Origin: Alkalispirochaeta sp.
GTDB lineage: Bacteria > Spirochaetota > Spirochaetia > DSM-27196 > Alkalispirochaetaceae
Direction of reading: 5' to 3'
Assembly (NCBI GenBank): GCA_965601925.1
Contig: OZ271854.1
Coordinates: 2,400,001-2,464,000, forward strand
Length of the DNA stretch: 64,000 nucleotides
Every line of letters begins with the position of its first letter. Positions within the stretch are counted from its first letter, which is position 1. Below are positions 28,095-38,258 of this stretch, in pieces. The translations under genes and the position numbers were made by a program. The notes under the pieces are model-generated. The model searched no databases, was not told where the DNA came from, and worked only from the letters and a program-made list of their open reading frames with translations.

Positions 28095-28870
28095 TATCGC
28101 ACCTCAAAGCGCGCGCGTACTCCCGCCTCTACGAACTGCGTGCCCGGCAGCATACGCGCGCCGCTGGCGTCGAACTCCATCATAGAGGTAAACGGTCCCC
28201 CCGACGAACGGCCCCACTGCTCCTCGAGCGCCAACAGACGGCCTACCGACAACCCGTCGGCGGCGACGGTACGCTCCGCTTTGGCGCGCGCGGCACTCGC
28301 GGCCGCCTCCAGCGCCCGTTGATACAACTCGTCGGTGTTGCGTGGTTCCAACTGCATCGTCTGCACGTCGGTTGCGCCGTTGGTGACCGCCAAGTCGACG
28401 ATCTCCCCGACCTCGGCCGGATCGCTGATCACGGTGCGGAGCCACGTCCGGGCGCGAAATATCACCGGAGCCTCTTCGGTACCGGCGCCGGTCGAAATGC
28501 CGGTTGCTGCGAGACGATCAAAACGCGGATCGCCCGGAAAAATCTGTTCTCGAAATACGAAGAAACCGCCGGTGGTCATCTCTGACTCCGCTATGCCGAA
28601 CTCAAGCAGTGCATCGATGAGGGCATCCATCACTATTTGATTTTCCGAGACCGCCTCCGACGCCTCTATGCCGGTCGTCTCGACGGCGAGTTCAACCTGG
28701 GCGCTGAACTCGCGGGCCGGCACGGCGGCCGTGGCCGTGACTTCGATATACGACGTCTCTCGGCCGCCCGACGCGAATACTCCGGCCGTATTCGCCGTCG
28801 CCAATGCGATCGCTATAGCGAAAACGACCAGTAGGGGCGTGTGCGAGTTTTGTCGTTTTGGTTTTCTCAT
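28094..28870 (-). CDS. SIMPL/DUF541 family periplasmic protein
   Basis: Signal peptide; 'IVDLAVTNGATDV' and 'ALEAAASAARAKAE' SIMPL pattern; its stop overlaps the maeB start by one base. Confidence 0.8.
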   Translation of the reverse strand: MRKPKRQNSHTPLLVVFAIAIALATANTAGVFASGGRETSYIEVTATAAVPAREFSAQVELAVETTGIEASEAVSENQIVMDALIDALLEFGIAESEMTTGGFFVFREQIFPGDPRFDRLAATGISTGAGTEEAPVIFRARTWLRTVISDPAEVGEIVDLAVTNGATDVQTMQLEPRNTDELYQRALEAAASAARAKAERTVAADGLSVGRLLALEEQWGRSSGGPFTSMMEFDASGARMLPGTQFVEAGVRARFEVR

Positions 28871-28966
28871 ATCGGATATGTAACACATAGCCGATGAGAT
28901 GGCAAATCACGGTGCGAGCGGCAAAGGAGCCGCCCTGCCGTCTAACGGATACCGAGAGAACGCCGT

Positions 28967-29242
28967 CTAACGCTCTCCGGTCTTTTTGATGATGTGATAT
29001 CCGAACTGCGTCTTAACGAGACGCGATGTCTGTCCGTTGCGCAGCTTAACGACCGCCTCTTCGAACGGTTTTACCATCTTGCCGGGACCGAACCAACCGA
29101 GGTCGCCGCCCTTCGACTTACTCGGACAGGTGGAAAACTCCTTGGCTAAGGCGTCGAAACGCCCACCGCTTTTCAGACGTTTGAGCACCTGCTCGGCGCG
29201 TCCCTTTTCCTTCACCAGAATGTGGCTTGCTCTCCATTCCAT
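28967..29242 (-). CDS. ppiC: Parvulin-type peptidyl-prolyl isomerase
   Basis: ASHILVK, FSTCPS, GGDLGWF, MVKPFE, KTQFGYHII. Confidence 0.93.
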   Translation of the reverse strand: MEWRASHILVKEKGRAEQVLKRLKSGGRFDALAKEFSTCPSKSKGGDLGWFGPGKMVKPFEEAVVKLRNGQTSRLVKTQFGYHIIKKTGER

Positions 29243-29293
29243 GGAAAGCACTATAGCGCTCTTTTTCGACTCTGAGGAGCGTCCGACCGCCGA

Positions 29294-29674
29294 TTATCGT
29301 TGTTTGTTGTACTCCGTGATTTTTTCGGTAATGAGTTGCAGGAGGTGTGCGTCCAGTTCGCCGCGCTCACGATTCAAACGACTCAGAACGTCTTCCGGCA
29401 CACTTCCCGCGTCACCGTGGAGAACGGCGGTCGCCATGGAGGCGATACCGCGGCCGTCGACCCGGTCGGAGACGTAGTGGTTACTCCGCCTGTCGCGTTG
29501 CCATGTGAAGGCGCGCTCGTCGACGTGGCGATCGTAGCATAGCTGAAAGCCCGTTAGCTCCCCGCGGATCGATTCATACCATAAGATAAGGTCGAAGTAC
29601 TCGTTGACGAACCAGCGTCTGTAACCCTCGTCGGGCCGTTGGCGGACATCTCGGTTCTCGGAAAGGGCGCTCAT
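29294..29674 (-). CDS. Hypothetical protein
   Basis: Protein-like 126-aa ORF (RRWF...FDLILWY...GFQLCYD) filling the gap between neighbours. Confidence 0.7.
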   Translation of the reverse strand: MSALSENRDVRQRPDEGYRRWFVNEYFDLILWYESIRGELTGFQLCYDRHVDERAFTWQRDRRSNHYVSDRVDGRGIASMATAVLHGDAGSVPEDVLSRLNRERGELDAHLLQLITEKITEYNKQR

Positions 29675-29785
29675 GTTTCAAAGTGTACCCCGGCGTCCGT
29701 CGGTGTTCCAGAGGGGGAGGATGCGGCACCGCTCCATTGACGGCCGTCTCGATCGTTCATAGGATGAAATGGGGGTACCAAAGAG

Positions 29786-30793
29786 ATGGAATATCGATAT
29801 CTCGGACGCAGCGGCCTTAAGGTGAGCGAACTATGCCTCGGGGCCATGACATTTGGACGGGAAACCGACGAAGCTGAATCGCGGCGAATCCTCGACACCT
29901 TCATTGACGCCGGGGGAATGTTCATCGATACGGCCAACGGTTACTCCCGCGGCCGTTCCGAGGAGATCCTTGGGAGGTGGTTGGCGGACCGGCGACGTGA
30001 CGACCTGGTAGTAGCCACCAAGGTTCGCTTTCCCATGGGAGACGGTCCCAACGATACCGGACTCAGTCGCAAACACATCATGCAGTCGGTGGACGACTCT
30101 CTCCGTCGCTTAGGCCTCGATTACATCGACCTGTATCAAGTGCATTGCTGGGACGCCGGTACCGAACTTGAAGAGTATCTGAGAACGCTCGACGACTTGG
30201 TGCGTAGCGGCAAAGTGCGACACATCGGCGCGAGCAACTTTACCGGATGGCAGCTGCAGAAGGCGTTGGACTACCAGCGTCGATACGGGCTTGAGCCGTT
30301 TCGGAGCCTACAACCGCAGTACAACCTGCTTGCGCGGGGTATCGAATGGGAAGTCTTGTCGGTTGCGCGCAATGAAGGGCTCGGCGTCATACCGTGGAGC
30401 CCCCTAAAAGGCGGATGGCTGAGCGGTCGCTATCATCGCGGAATGCAGGCGCCGCCCGCCGGGAGCCGCGTAGAGGAGGCCGCCAAGCAAGGTTGGTCCG
30501 AGCAGTGGAGTAATATGGACAAGGAGTCGACCTGGCGCGTGGTGGACGCGCTTCATGCGGCGGCGGATCGCTCCGGCAAGCATCCGGTGCAAATAGCGTT
30601 GCGTTGGGTCTTGGAACGGTCCGGTGTAACCTCACCGATCGTCGGAGTCCGCACCGTGGAGCACCTTAGCACGGCCCTGGGAGCGACCGGATGGACGCTG
30701 GACGATGAGCTTCGTGCCGATCTCGATGAGGCGAGCCGGCCGGAAGACGTCTATCCGTATGACTTCATACTTCGTGCGCAGGAGGGACGATAG
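29786..30793 (+). CDS. Aldo/keto reductase
   Basis: [45 protein letters not shown]. Confidence 0.95.
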   Translation: MEYRYLGRSGLKVSELCLGAMTFGRETDEAESRRILDTFIDAGGMFIDTANGYSRGRSEEILGRWLADRRRDDLVVATKVRFPMGDGPNDTGLSRKHIMQSVDDSLRRLGLDYIDLYQVHCWDAGTELEEYLRTLDDLVRSGKVRHIGASNFTGWQLQKALDYQRRYGLEPFRSLQPQYNLLARGIEWEVLSVARNEGLGVIPWSPLKGGWLSGRYHRGMQAPPAGSRVEEAAKQGWSEQWSNMDKESTWRVVDALHAAADRSGKHPVQIALRWVLERSGVTSPIVGVRTVEHLSTALGATGWTLDDELRADLDEASRPEDVYPYDFILRAQEGR

Positions 30794-30838
30794 GCGCCGA
30801 GTCCGGTCGAGTGATACGTCGGGCGGCGAGGGGCGGCC

Positions 30839-32080
30839 CTATACCGCAGCGAAGATAAGCGCCGATTTGGTACTGCCGAATCCGAATGAGTTGGACAGCG
30901 CAATACGCACCGGTGCCGGTCGCGCGGCGGGCCCGACTAAGTCGATGCCGACACTCGCGGGGTCGGGATGCTCGAGGTTTGCCATACCCGGGACGGTACC
31001 CTCCACGACGGCCAAAATGGAAAAGATCGCCTCGATCGCGCCGGCGGCGCCGAGAGTGTGCCCCGTGGCCGACTTCGTCGAGGAGACCGCCGGGCCGCGG
31101 TCGGCTCCGAACACCGCGCGTATCGCGGCCAGTTCCCCGGCGTCGCCGACGGGGGTGCTCGTGGCGTGGGCGTTGAGATAGTCGATATCCGCCGGTTCGA
31201 TAGACGCCGACCGGAGTGCATTCTTGAGGGTGAGCTGCTCTCCCAACCCGTCGGGATGGCTCGCCGACACGTGATACGCGTCGCTTTGGGAGGCGAATCC
31301 TATGAGGCGTGCGTACATATGCGCTCCCCGAGCGCGGGCGTGGTCCTCCGATTCCAGGACGAGGGCCGCACCTCCTTCGGCCACGACAAACCCGTCGCGA
31401 TCGCGGTCGAACGGACGCGAAGCGTGCGTCGGCCGGTCGTTGAAGGCGCTGCTCAGGGCTCGCATGCGGTCGAAACCGGCCATCGCAAGGGGATGGACGA
31501 CCGCGTCGGCGCCGCCGGCAACCATGACATCCGCCTCGTCCAGCGCAATGATACGAGCCGCGTTGATGATCGCCTCCGATCCGGTGGAGCACGCACTTAC
31601 GACACCGTAGTTGGGGCCTTGGAACCCGTTGGTGATTGCGATCTGCCCGGCCGCGAGGTTAATCAGCTGCGCGCTGATAAAGAACGGTGAGATCGAACGG
31701 GCGCCCTGTCGAGCGTGGTCGAGCGCACCGTCGACGAGCGTATGAAAGCCGCCGATTCCCGAGCCCATGACGACGCCGGTTCGCTCCCGTTCTTCGCTCG
31801 CCTCGGGCGACCATCGGGCGTCGGCCAGCGCCTCACCGGCGGCGTAGAGCCCGAAGTGGATGAATGGATCGTTTCTCCGCGCCTCCTTGGCGCTCAAGAG
31901 ATTGGGAAAATCGTCAGTGAGGCGCACCTGTCCGGCGATTTTCGAATTGAGACCGGCGGTGTCGAAGTCCGTAACCCTGCCGATACCCGACGTACCCGAT
32001 ATGAGCGCCCTCCAGGAGGAGCGGACGTCGTTACCCAGGGGTGAAACCATACCCATGCCCGTTATCACTACGCGTTTCAC
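30839..32080 (-). CDS. fabF: Beta-ketoacyl-ACP synthase II
   Basis: RVVITGMG; Cys-His-His triad in SACSTG, NAHATST, GHTLGAAG; SNSFGFG. Confidence 0.95.
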   Translation of the reverse strand: MKRVVITGMGMVSPLGNDVRSSWRALISGTSGIGRVTDFDTAGLNSKIAGQVRLTDDFPNLLSAKEARRNDPFIHFGLYAAGEALADARWSPEASEERERTGVVMGSGIGGFHTLVDGALDHARQGARSISPFFISAQLINLAAGQIAITNGFQGPNYGVVSACSTGSEAIINAARIIALDEADVMVAGGADAVVHPLAMAGFDRMRALSSAFNDRPTHASRPFDRDRDGFVVAEGGAALVLESEDHARARGAHMYARLIGFASQSDAYHVSASHPDGLGEQLTLKNALRSASIEPADIDYLNAHATSTPVGDAGELAAIRAVFGADRGPAVSSTKSATGHTLGAAGAIEAIFSILAVVEGTVPGMANLEHPDPASVGIDLVGPAARPAPVRIALSNSFGFGSTKSALIFAAV

Positions 32081-32655
32081 CGTGCGCCTCCCGCTGCGGC
32101 GCGGAGAATTGCTTCACTGAGATTCGGCGACATTACCGTCGCCCGAGAGAGCTGCAGCGCTCCAATCGCCAAAGCAAACACCCGCACCGCCTCCTCGAAA
32201 CCGGCCTGTTCATCCTCCGGGTCGATCTTCGCCGCCATGGCGCGCAGCGTATCATCGATTTCCGCGAGTGCGACCTTCTGTAGCTCCGCGTCGGATCGAG
32301 GTACGTCGCAGAGAATCGCCGCGGTGGGACAGCCCCCCTCGATATCATCGCGATGGTCCGGTGCCAGATACGCTTTGAGAAAGGCGGTGACGAAGTTCCG
32401 CCCCTCGCGGCCGGCCGTACTGTCGGCGATAGCGCGGCGGCGTCTTCTGGAAGCTTCCAGAAAGCCGAGGCTCAGAAGATGAGCCTTGGAACGGAAGTGA
32501 TTGTATAGCCCTCCGACGGTGAGCCCCGCGTCGGCGGTAATCGTTTTGAGGTCCGTTCCCGCAGGACCCTCACGTCGCAGATGGCGCGCCGCCGAGGAGA
32601 TAATAGCTCGGCGGGAGAGCCTTTTTTTCTCCGTTGCCCGGGTTCGTTCGTACAT
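32077..32655 (-). CDS. TetR family regulator
   Basis: AGLTVGGLYNHFRSK helix-turn-helix; HRD...GCP motif; GTGA overlap with fabF; start could also be ATG 32664. Confidence 0.9.
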   Translation of the reverse strand: MYERTRATEKKRLSRRAIISSAARHLRREGPAGTDLKTITADAGLTVGGLYNHFRSKAHLLSLGFLEASRRRRRAIADSTAGREGRNFVTAFLKAYLAPDHRDDIEGGCPTAAILCDVPRSDAELQKVALAEIDDTLRAMAAKIDPEDEQAGFEEAVRVFALAIGALQLSRATVMSPNLSEAILRAAAGGAR

Positions 32656-32691
32656 TACGATCATAATATTATTATCGTAATATTTTATCAA
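32654..32691 (-). promoter_or_regulatory. Promoter/operator of tetR-fabF
   Basis: 28-bp palindrome with one mismatch (ATTACGATCATAAT/ATTATTATCGTAAT, 32654-32681); minus-strand TTGATA-17-TATTAT. Confidence 0.75.
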
Positions 32692-32701
32692 GCGTAGGAT
32701 T

Positions 32702-32814
32702 GCAATCGGCTGGAGGGGGGAACCGATCGCGTGGCGATCGGCTGGAGGGGGAAACCGATTGCGGAGCAATCGGTTGGGGGGAGGTTCGCCGATCGCATGG
32801 CGATCGGCTGGGGT
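32702..32814. repeat. Tandem array of about 3.5 palindromic 32-34 bp units (REP-like)
   Basis: GC(A/G)ATCGG-G-rich loop-CCGAT(C/T)GC units starting at 32702, 32734 and 32766, plus a half unit at 32800. Confidence 0.8.
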
Positions 32815-32848
32815 GACACGGGTCTGCTACCGGGGATATGCTCGGCCG

Positions 32849-33892
32849 ATGATACAGCCTCTACAGTCAGACGCCGGTGATTCGGCATCGACCGTTCGCA
32901 CGTTCGACCTCCTGGCGCCCCACGCCGTGCTGAACGCGGTCGAGTCGGCCTTCGGCGTGCGGCTCGACGGCACGCTTACCGTCTATCCGAGTTACGTCAA
33001 CCGCGTGTATGAGGTGCGGGACGACGACGGAAACGCCTACATCGCCAAGTTTTATCGACCCGGACGGTGGAATCTCGATGCGGTTATCGACGAACATCGA
33101 TTCGTTCGCGACTGCGCCGCCGCGGAGGTACCCGTCGTTGCACCGATCGCCGGTGATGATGATCAAACGGTCTTTTCGACCTCCGTACACGAAGAAGAAC
33201 GGGAGGAGACGTATCTCTTTGCCATGTATCCCAAGCGAGGCGGGCGCAGTTTTGACGCCGAACGCGATGACGATTGGCTGCGACTGGGACGGCTCGTCGG
33301 GCGAACGCACTCCGTCGCTTCGGGACGCAAAGCGCGCCATCGCCTCGTATGTACCCCCGGTGAATCGACGCGAACGTTCATTGAAGAGCTTCGTCGAGCG
33401 GGGGTCGTACATCCCGACCATCGCGACGACTTTTTGGACAGTGCCGAGGGGGCGGTGAACCTCATCACACCGCTGTTTGACGGCGTATCGTTGAACCGAA
33501 TCCACGGCGATTGCCATCGCGGTAATATATTGGATAGACCGGGCGAGGGGCTGTTGCTGATCGACTTCGACGACATGATGGTAGGACCCGCGGTCCACGA
33601 CGTGTGGCTCCTACTTCCCGACCGCGCGTACGCCTGCCGGCGCGAGTTGGAGCTCCTCATCGGCGGGTACGAGGAGTTTCTCCCCTTCGACCGCACGACG
33701 CTACGCCTTATTGAGCCGCTGCGTCTTATGCGTATGATCTACTATCTCGCGTGGTCGGCGCGGCAACGAGAGGATCACCGATTTCGCGAGTCCTTTCCCG
33801 ATTGGGGCAACGAGGCGTTTTGGATCAAAGAGCTGGAGGATTTGCGCACTCAGTTGAGCGTGATCCGGGAGGACCTGCGGGACGTTCCGTAG
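32849..33892 (+). CDS. srkA: Stress response Ser/Thr kinase, SrkA/RdoA family
   Basis: SYVNRVY, AKFYRPGRW, IHGDCHRGN, IDFDD, GPAVHDVW, IEPLRLMR. Confidence 0.88.
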   Translation: MIQPLQSDAGDSASTVRTFDLLAPHAVLNAVESAFGVRLDGTLTVYPSYVNRVYEVRDDDGNAYIAKFYRPGRWNLDAVIDEHRFVRDCAAAEVPVVAPIAGDDDQTVFSTSVHEEEREETYLFAMYPKRGGRSFDAERDDDWLRLGRLVGRTHSVASGRKARHRLVCTPGESTRTFIEELRRAGVVHPDHRDDFLDSAEGAVNLITPLFDGVSLNRIHGDCHRGNILDRPGEGLLLIDFDDMMVGPAVHDVWLLLPDRAYACRRELELLIGGYEEFLPFDRTTLRLIEPLRLMRMIYYLAWSARQREDHRFRESFPDWGNEAFWIKELEDLRTQLSVIREDLRDVP

Positions 33893-33897
33893 CGTAC

Positions 33898-34710
33898 ATG
33901 TCAGCCGTGTTTATCGTCTCGACCGACCTTACCGATGCAGTTGAGTTATTGTCCGAGGATGTCCGTTCGCACGTCGTAACGCTCAAGATGCTAACCCTGT
34001 ACCGTGATGCGTGCTCCGTCACGGTGTATCGCGGGGTCGATGGATGGGCGATCCGCACCGAGTTGGTCGTCGTTCAATCGCCGTGGGACCGGAGGAACTA
34101 TCCAGATGCGGCGAAGGTCGTGATGATCGACGGAACCGATGCGACGATTATGCGACGCGCCGTCGATGACGTCCCAAGGACTTCGGTAGTGTTCAAAATA
34201 CGCGACCGGGACCTGATGCGCTTTTTGGACGCCGCACCGCAATGTCGTTGGATACAGTCCTTTGTGTCGTACACAACTCCCGACACGTTCCGGACCGTCC
34301 CGTCGACTCTTTCGGGCGAGGTGGAGCGTCATCGCGAGTACCGACACGAGGCGGCACCGCATTTCGCCGCCAACTACTACTCTGAAGCGGAGATTCGCGA
34401 GCACCTCCTTAGGGGCGCCGTGTGGTTCGGCGCCCGGCGCGACGGAACGCTCGCCGCCGTGTGCATCGCGTTTCCCAATTACGGCGACGTCTGGGAGATC
34501 GGTGGCGTATACACGGCGACCGAGTATAGAAGGCGCGGTCTGGCGCGCACACTCGTCCTCAACGCCGTCCACGACCTGGTACGCGACGGTAAGCGACCCC
34601 GTTATCAGTTCCGCCACGATAATGCGCCGTCGCGCACCCTCGCGGAGTCGGTGGGTCTCGTTCCGGCCTTCACGGTGGCGCATTACTTGTCGTGCCGGAA
34701 GGACCGGTAG
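33898..34710 (+). CDS. GNAT family acetyltransferase
   Basis: C-terminal IGGVYT..EYRRRGLA and N.PSR.LAESVG motifs. Confidence 0.85.
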   Translation: MSAVFIVSTDLTDAVELLSEDVRSHVVTLKMLTLYRDACSVTVYRGVDGWAIRTELVVVQSPWDRRNYPDAAKVVMIDGTDATIMRRAVDDVPRTSVVFKIRDRDLMRFLDAAPQCRWIQSFVSYTTPDTFRTVPSTLSGEVERHREYRHEAAPHFAANYYSEAEIREHLLRGAVWFGARRDGTLAAVCIAFPNYGDVWEIGGVYTATEYRRRGLARTLVLNAVHDLVRDGKRPRYQFRHDNAPSRTLAESVGLVPAFTVAHYLSCRKDR

Positions 34711-34784
34711 TACGATCGTCGGTGCACTCGCCGACGGCTCATTCCCTCCCGATGCGGCGTTCCGCCGGCGCCGCATGTGTCTTT

Positions 34785-35885
34785 TTAACGAACAAACGAC
34801 GGATATACGTGAAGCTCACCCCGGATCACGGACTCAAGGATCGCCTCGGAAGTAGTACTCGCATAGAACAGCTCGCGTCCCCGTCCGCGATCTATGGCGT
34901 TTGAGAGGGCGACCACGAGTATATCTTGTCCGTGGTGGTAGTAGAGCGCGGAGTTATTGGAATCGGTCGCGCCGTCGTGGCCGGTCACGGTTTCGCCGTC
35001 GGACCGGGACCACACGACCCATCCGTAGCCCGACCACGAGTCGTTTGAACCTTCCTGAACGTAGGGCTCGAACATGCGCCGTGCGGTCTCGCGCCGCAGT
35101 ACCGTGTCCCCTTCTAAAGCGAGCCTCCATCTCATAAGGTCATCGACGGTCGAGACGACACCGCCGAAGCCCAAGATGCCCCAGTATGGTCCGGGGCGCG
35201 AGGCAACCGGCCCGACATCTCGACCGTTTGAATATCCGTTGGCGACCGGACGGCTTTTCCACATCTCGTCATTGTAGAAGCCCGTGTCCACCATGCCCGC
35301 CGGTTCAAAGAGAAATCGCGTCAGGTATTCGGTGAACGCAATCCCTGAGGCGACCTCCACGATCGCCGCGGCAAGCCCGTATCCGGTGTCGGAGTATCGA
35401 TAGCGTCGACCCGGCGTTCCCACCAGGGGCGCGCCCATCGCGAGCGCAACCGCTTCGTCTCGTGCCGTTTCTACAAAATCCCCGTCATATACGTACTGGG
35501 GCAACGCTGCCGTGTGCGTGAGCAGTTGATGAATCGTGATCGCCCGCTTGTCCTCGGGAACGTCCTCGAAATACACCGGCAGCGTATCGTCCAAACTCAA
35601 AAGCCCGCGCTCCTCCAAGTGTAGAATCGCCGCAGCGGTGAACTGCTTCGATAGCGACCCGAGATCGAACACCGTATCGACGGTATTAGGTATCGCCGAC
35701 TCGCGGTCCGCAAAACCGTGAGCCGACCGGTGAACGACGCGTCCGTCCCGAGCGACCAATACGGCGCCGGAAAACCCGTGACCGCCGAGCGTCGACATGT
35801 ACGCGCCCAGGTCCTCCGCCGGGGGAATGGTCGCGCACGACGCGACGGCACACATCGTCGTAACAAGCATGAACCGGATCTTCAT
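34785..35885 (-). CDS. Serine hydrolase (class C beta-lactamase-like), probable lipoprotein
   Basis: SxxK (SLSK), LLTHT, YSD, GHDG; lipobox-like VASC. Confidence 0.9.
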   Translation of the reverse strand: MKIRFMLVTTMCAVASCATIPPAEDLGAYMSTLGGHGFSGAVLVARDGRVVHRSAHGFADRESAIPNTVDTVFDLGSLSKQFTAAAILHLEERGLLSLDDTLPVYFEDVPEDKRAITIHQLLTHTAALPQYVYDGDFVETARDEAVALAMGAPLVGTPGRRYRYSDTGYGLAAAIVEVASGIAFTEYLTRFLFEPAGMVDTGFYNDEMWKSRPVANGYSNGRDVGPVASRPGPYWGILGFGGVVSTVDDLMRWRLALEGDTVLRRETARRMFEPYVQEGSNDSWSGYGWVVWSRSDGETVTGHDGATDSNNSALYYHHGQDILVVALSNAIDRGRGRELFYASTTSEAILESVIRGELHVYPSFVR

Positions 35886-35951
35886 AGCAGCCCTCCACAT
35901 CACGATAGTGATCCCAAGGGTACGATCTATCCCGACACGAGTCGTCCCGGC

Positions 35952-36977
35952 CTATCGGGGAGGACCTTTTTGTTCCAAAGAGCGGAGAAACTCGCGCGGT
36001 GTCTTCCCTTCGAAGCGTTTGAACGCCTCGTTAAACGCCGATTTGGACCGAAACCCGCACTCGTGGGCCAGTGCCAAAATGGTCATATGAGTAAGATCGC
36101 CCTCCCCGGCACGCCGTTTGAAATGGTCGATACGACGCGATGTGATGTAGCCTCTCAACCCCGCGTTCGTCGTCTGGTTGATCGCCTGGGAGAGCACATT
36201 CGTTCCGGTATCGAGTCGTTCGGCAAGTGCAGGTAGCGTGAGCTGTGGATCGAGATAGGGCCGGTCCTCGTCCATTAATTGCTCAAGCGCTTTCAAAATA
36301 CGCTCCGCTTCCCCACGGCTCAACCCCGACCGGGCATATTTTCGCTCCCCCGCGGCTCGCCCGCTTCCAACCCAGCCCGCCGCGAGGACCAACACCGCGG
36401 CGCCGACCCGAACATACGGCTCGTACGTCGGCCCGTCGGTGACGTTCGTACCGATAGGCACCAATGTCATAAGTGCCGATACCCCGAACAGGGAGAACAG
36501 CGCCGTATGCCACAACGCGGGCGGACGTCTCGACGACAAGGTGGCGCGGGCCACCCATAACGACGCTCCTACGACGGCGATCGCGAAAATCAACACCACC
36601 GCAGGCGGTGCCGTGATGTGCCCTGGACCGAGTCGTACGTCGACATCACCGGGAATGAGATACCACGGCGGGGCCATGGAGATGCTGAGCGCGACAACGG
36701 CGATACTGTGAGCGGTCTCCCATCCTCGGTTATGGTAGACGCGAGCGGCCTGGAGTGCCAGAACGGCGTGTACCCCGTGCACGTACAGGTACAGCGGCCC
36801 CATACCGGCGAAGGTACTCGACCCCGACGCTGTGGCGATGAAGGTCATGAGGTGTGCGACGGCGACGATCATCCACGACGACACGACGGCCTGAATGACG
36901 CGATGACGCCCGGCGACGACGAACGCGACGGCGCTGAGGCAACATAGGAGTGCAAGCAAAACGTGTGGGACACGCAC
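35952..36977 (-). CDS. Membrane-anchored AraC family regulator (start uncertain)
   Basis: Several TM helices, then KYARSGL, YLDPQLTL, LSQAIN, CGFRSKSAFNEAFK..GKTP. Confidence 0.85.
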   Translation of the reverse strand: MRVPHVLLALLCCLSAVAFVVAGRHRVIQAVVSSWMIVAVAHLMTFIATASGSSTFAGMGPLYLYVHGVHAVLALQAARVYHNRGWETAHSIAVVALSISMAPPWYLIPGDVDVRLGPGHITAPPAVVLIFAIAVVGASLWVARATLSSRRPPALWHTALFSLFGVSALMTLVPIGTNVTDGPTYEPYVRVGAAVLVLAAGWVGSGRAAGERKYARSGLSRGEAERILKALEQLMDEDRPYLDPQLTLPALAERLDTGTNVLSQAINQTTNAGLRGYITSRRIDHFKRRAGEGDLTHMTILALAHECGFRSKSAFNEAFKRFEGKTPREFLRSLEQKGPPR

Positions 36978-37218
36978 GGCTGTAGAAGATACCAAACAAC
37001 GAGGGAGGAGGCGTACCGTCGACACCTCGACCGCGCCGTGCGGAGCGCTTGCCGCAACGCTCCCGATCCGTGTCGCCGTCGGCGGCACACTCGTCGCTGA
37101 ACGCCCCTCCGGCTCAGATTCCCAAAAAAGGGTTTGTGCAGACGGACCGTCGCGTTCGAGACCTGCCTGTAGATGAGGCTTTATGGACTCGGCAACGGTC
37201 CGAGATAAAATAGTTCCG

Positions 37219-37617
37219 CTATGGTGTGCGTCGGGCGACCACTTCGATCTCGACCAATGTATCCTGGGTGGCCAAGGACGCGACACCGATTCCCGTGACG
37301 GCCGGGATGGAGGTGCCAAAGAACTCGGCGAGTACCGGCGAGATCTCCTCCATATGGTCCGCCAGCTCTCCACGAGCGTACACGCGGACATGCACGACGT
37401 GCTCTATCGACGAACCCGCGGCGGCCAACGCTGTGGCCAGATTCCGCAAGGCATACTCGGTTTGTTCGCCGTAGGTTGCGCCGTGAACCTTCCTGTGCTC
37501 GTCCCACGCGACCTGGCCGGAGAGGAAGATCAGCCCCGATGTTTCGTCGACGGTACCTTGAGACATACCCAGCGACGTGGCGTCGAAGAGTCCCGAGGGA
37601 TTGATTCGTGTCAGCAT
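37219..37617 (-). CDS. RidA/YjgF family protein
   Basis: IFLSGQVA, ALRNL..ALAAAG, LVEIEVVA; AAGGAG RBS. Confidence 0.9.
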   Translation of the reverse strand: MLTRINPSGLFDATSLGMSQGTVDETSGLIFLSGQVAWDEHRKVHGATYGEQTEYALRNLATALAAAGSSIEHVVHVRVYARGELADHMEEISPVLAEFFGTSIPAVTGIGVASLATQDTLVEIEVVARRTP

Positions 37618-37703
37618 AGTGTCTCCTTGCATTTAATTCATGTATTAAACTATTCAATAAATGAATCAAATGGCAATACGGGAGGCGACGAATATCGCTT
37701 TTT

Positions 37704-38126
37704 TTACCCCGCGTCCAGCGCGGTCGCGCCGGTCAGACACAGCATTGCCAACCGATCGGCGTCCGATCCGAGAGTACGGCGGAGCTTCCGCTCGATTTCG
37801 GCGGCGGCGTCTCTGGCAACGCGATAGCGCGCAAGGCCCTCTTGGGTCGCATGGACGATCCGAACACGACGATCGTGTGGATCCTCGGTGAGCGATAAGA
37901 GTCCTTCCGTCTCCATTTTTCGTACGAGGTAGGTCACGTTGGAGCGTACGCAGCGGCGATACCGCGCCAGATCGGACAGGCGCAGCGGTCCGTCCTCCAC
38001 CACGTGGTAGAACACGTTGAACTGCGCCTTGCTGAGGCCCGCTTCGGCCAGCCCGGGCGACAGGCGATCGTCAACGGCATCCACCAACTCTTGCACGGCA
38101 TAGATCACGGAAGTCGAAGGGTCCAT
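37704..38126 (-). CDS. MarR family regulator
   Basis: GLSKAQF, DLA...SNVTYLV, DPHDRR..TQEG. Confidence 0.88.
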   Translation of the reverse strand: MDPSTSVIYAVQELVDAVDDRLSPGLAEAGLSKAQFNVFYHVVEDGPLRLSDLARYRRCVRSNVTYLVRKMETEGLLSLTEDPHDRRVRIVHATQEGLARYRVARDAAAEIERKLRRTLGSDADRLAMLCLTGATALDAG

Positions 38127-38258
38127 ACCAAATGATAGAAAAACACCGTTCGCGCCGCAAGCCGCCGAGAAGGCCGACCCTGCGCGGTCCGGTCCGTAGG
38201 CGACATCGCGTCTTTTCGGCTGATCTCGTCTGTGCGCTTCTTCGCGCCGCTTCAGCGC

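Noticed and set aside
28901..28955. GGCAAA...GCAAAG...GTCTAA resembling a c-di-GMP-I riboswitch
   Set aside because: On the plus strand while both flanking genes are minus-strand; the required stems and GNRA loop are not evident.
32702..32814. Possible CRISPR array
   Set aside because: Units are nearly contiguous with 3-bp linkers, there are no unique spacers and no cas genes.
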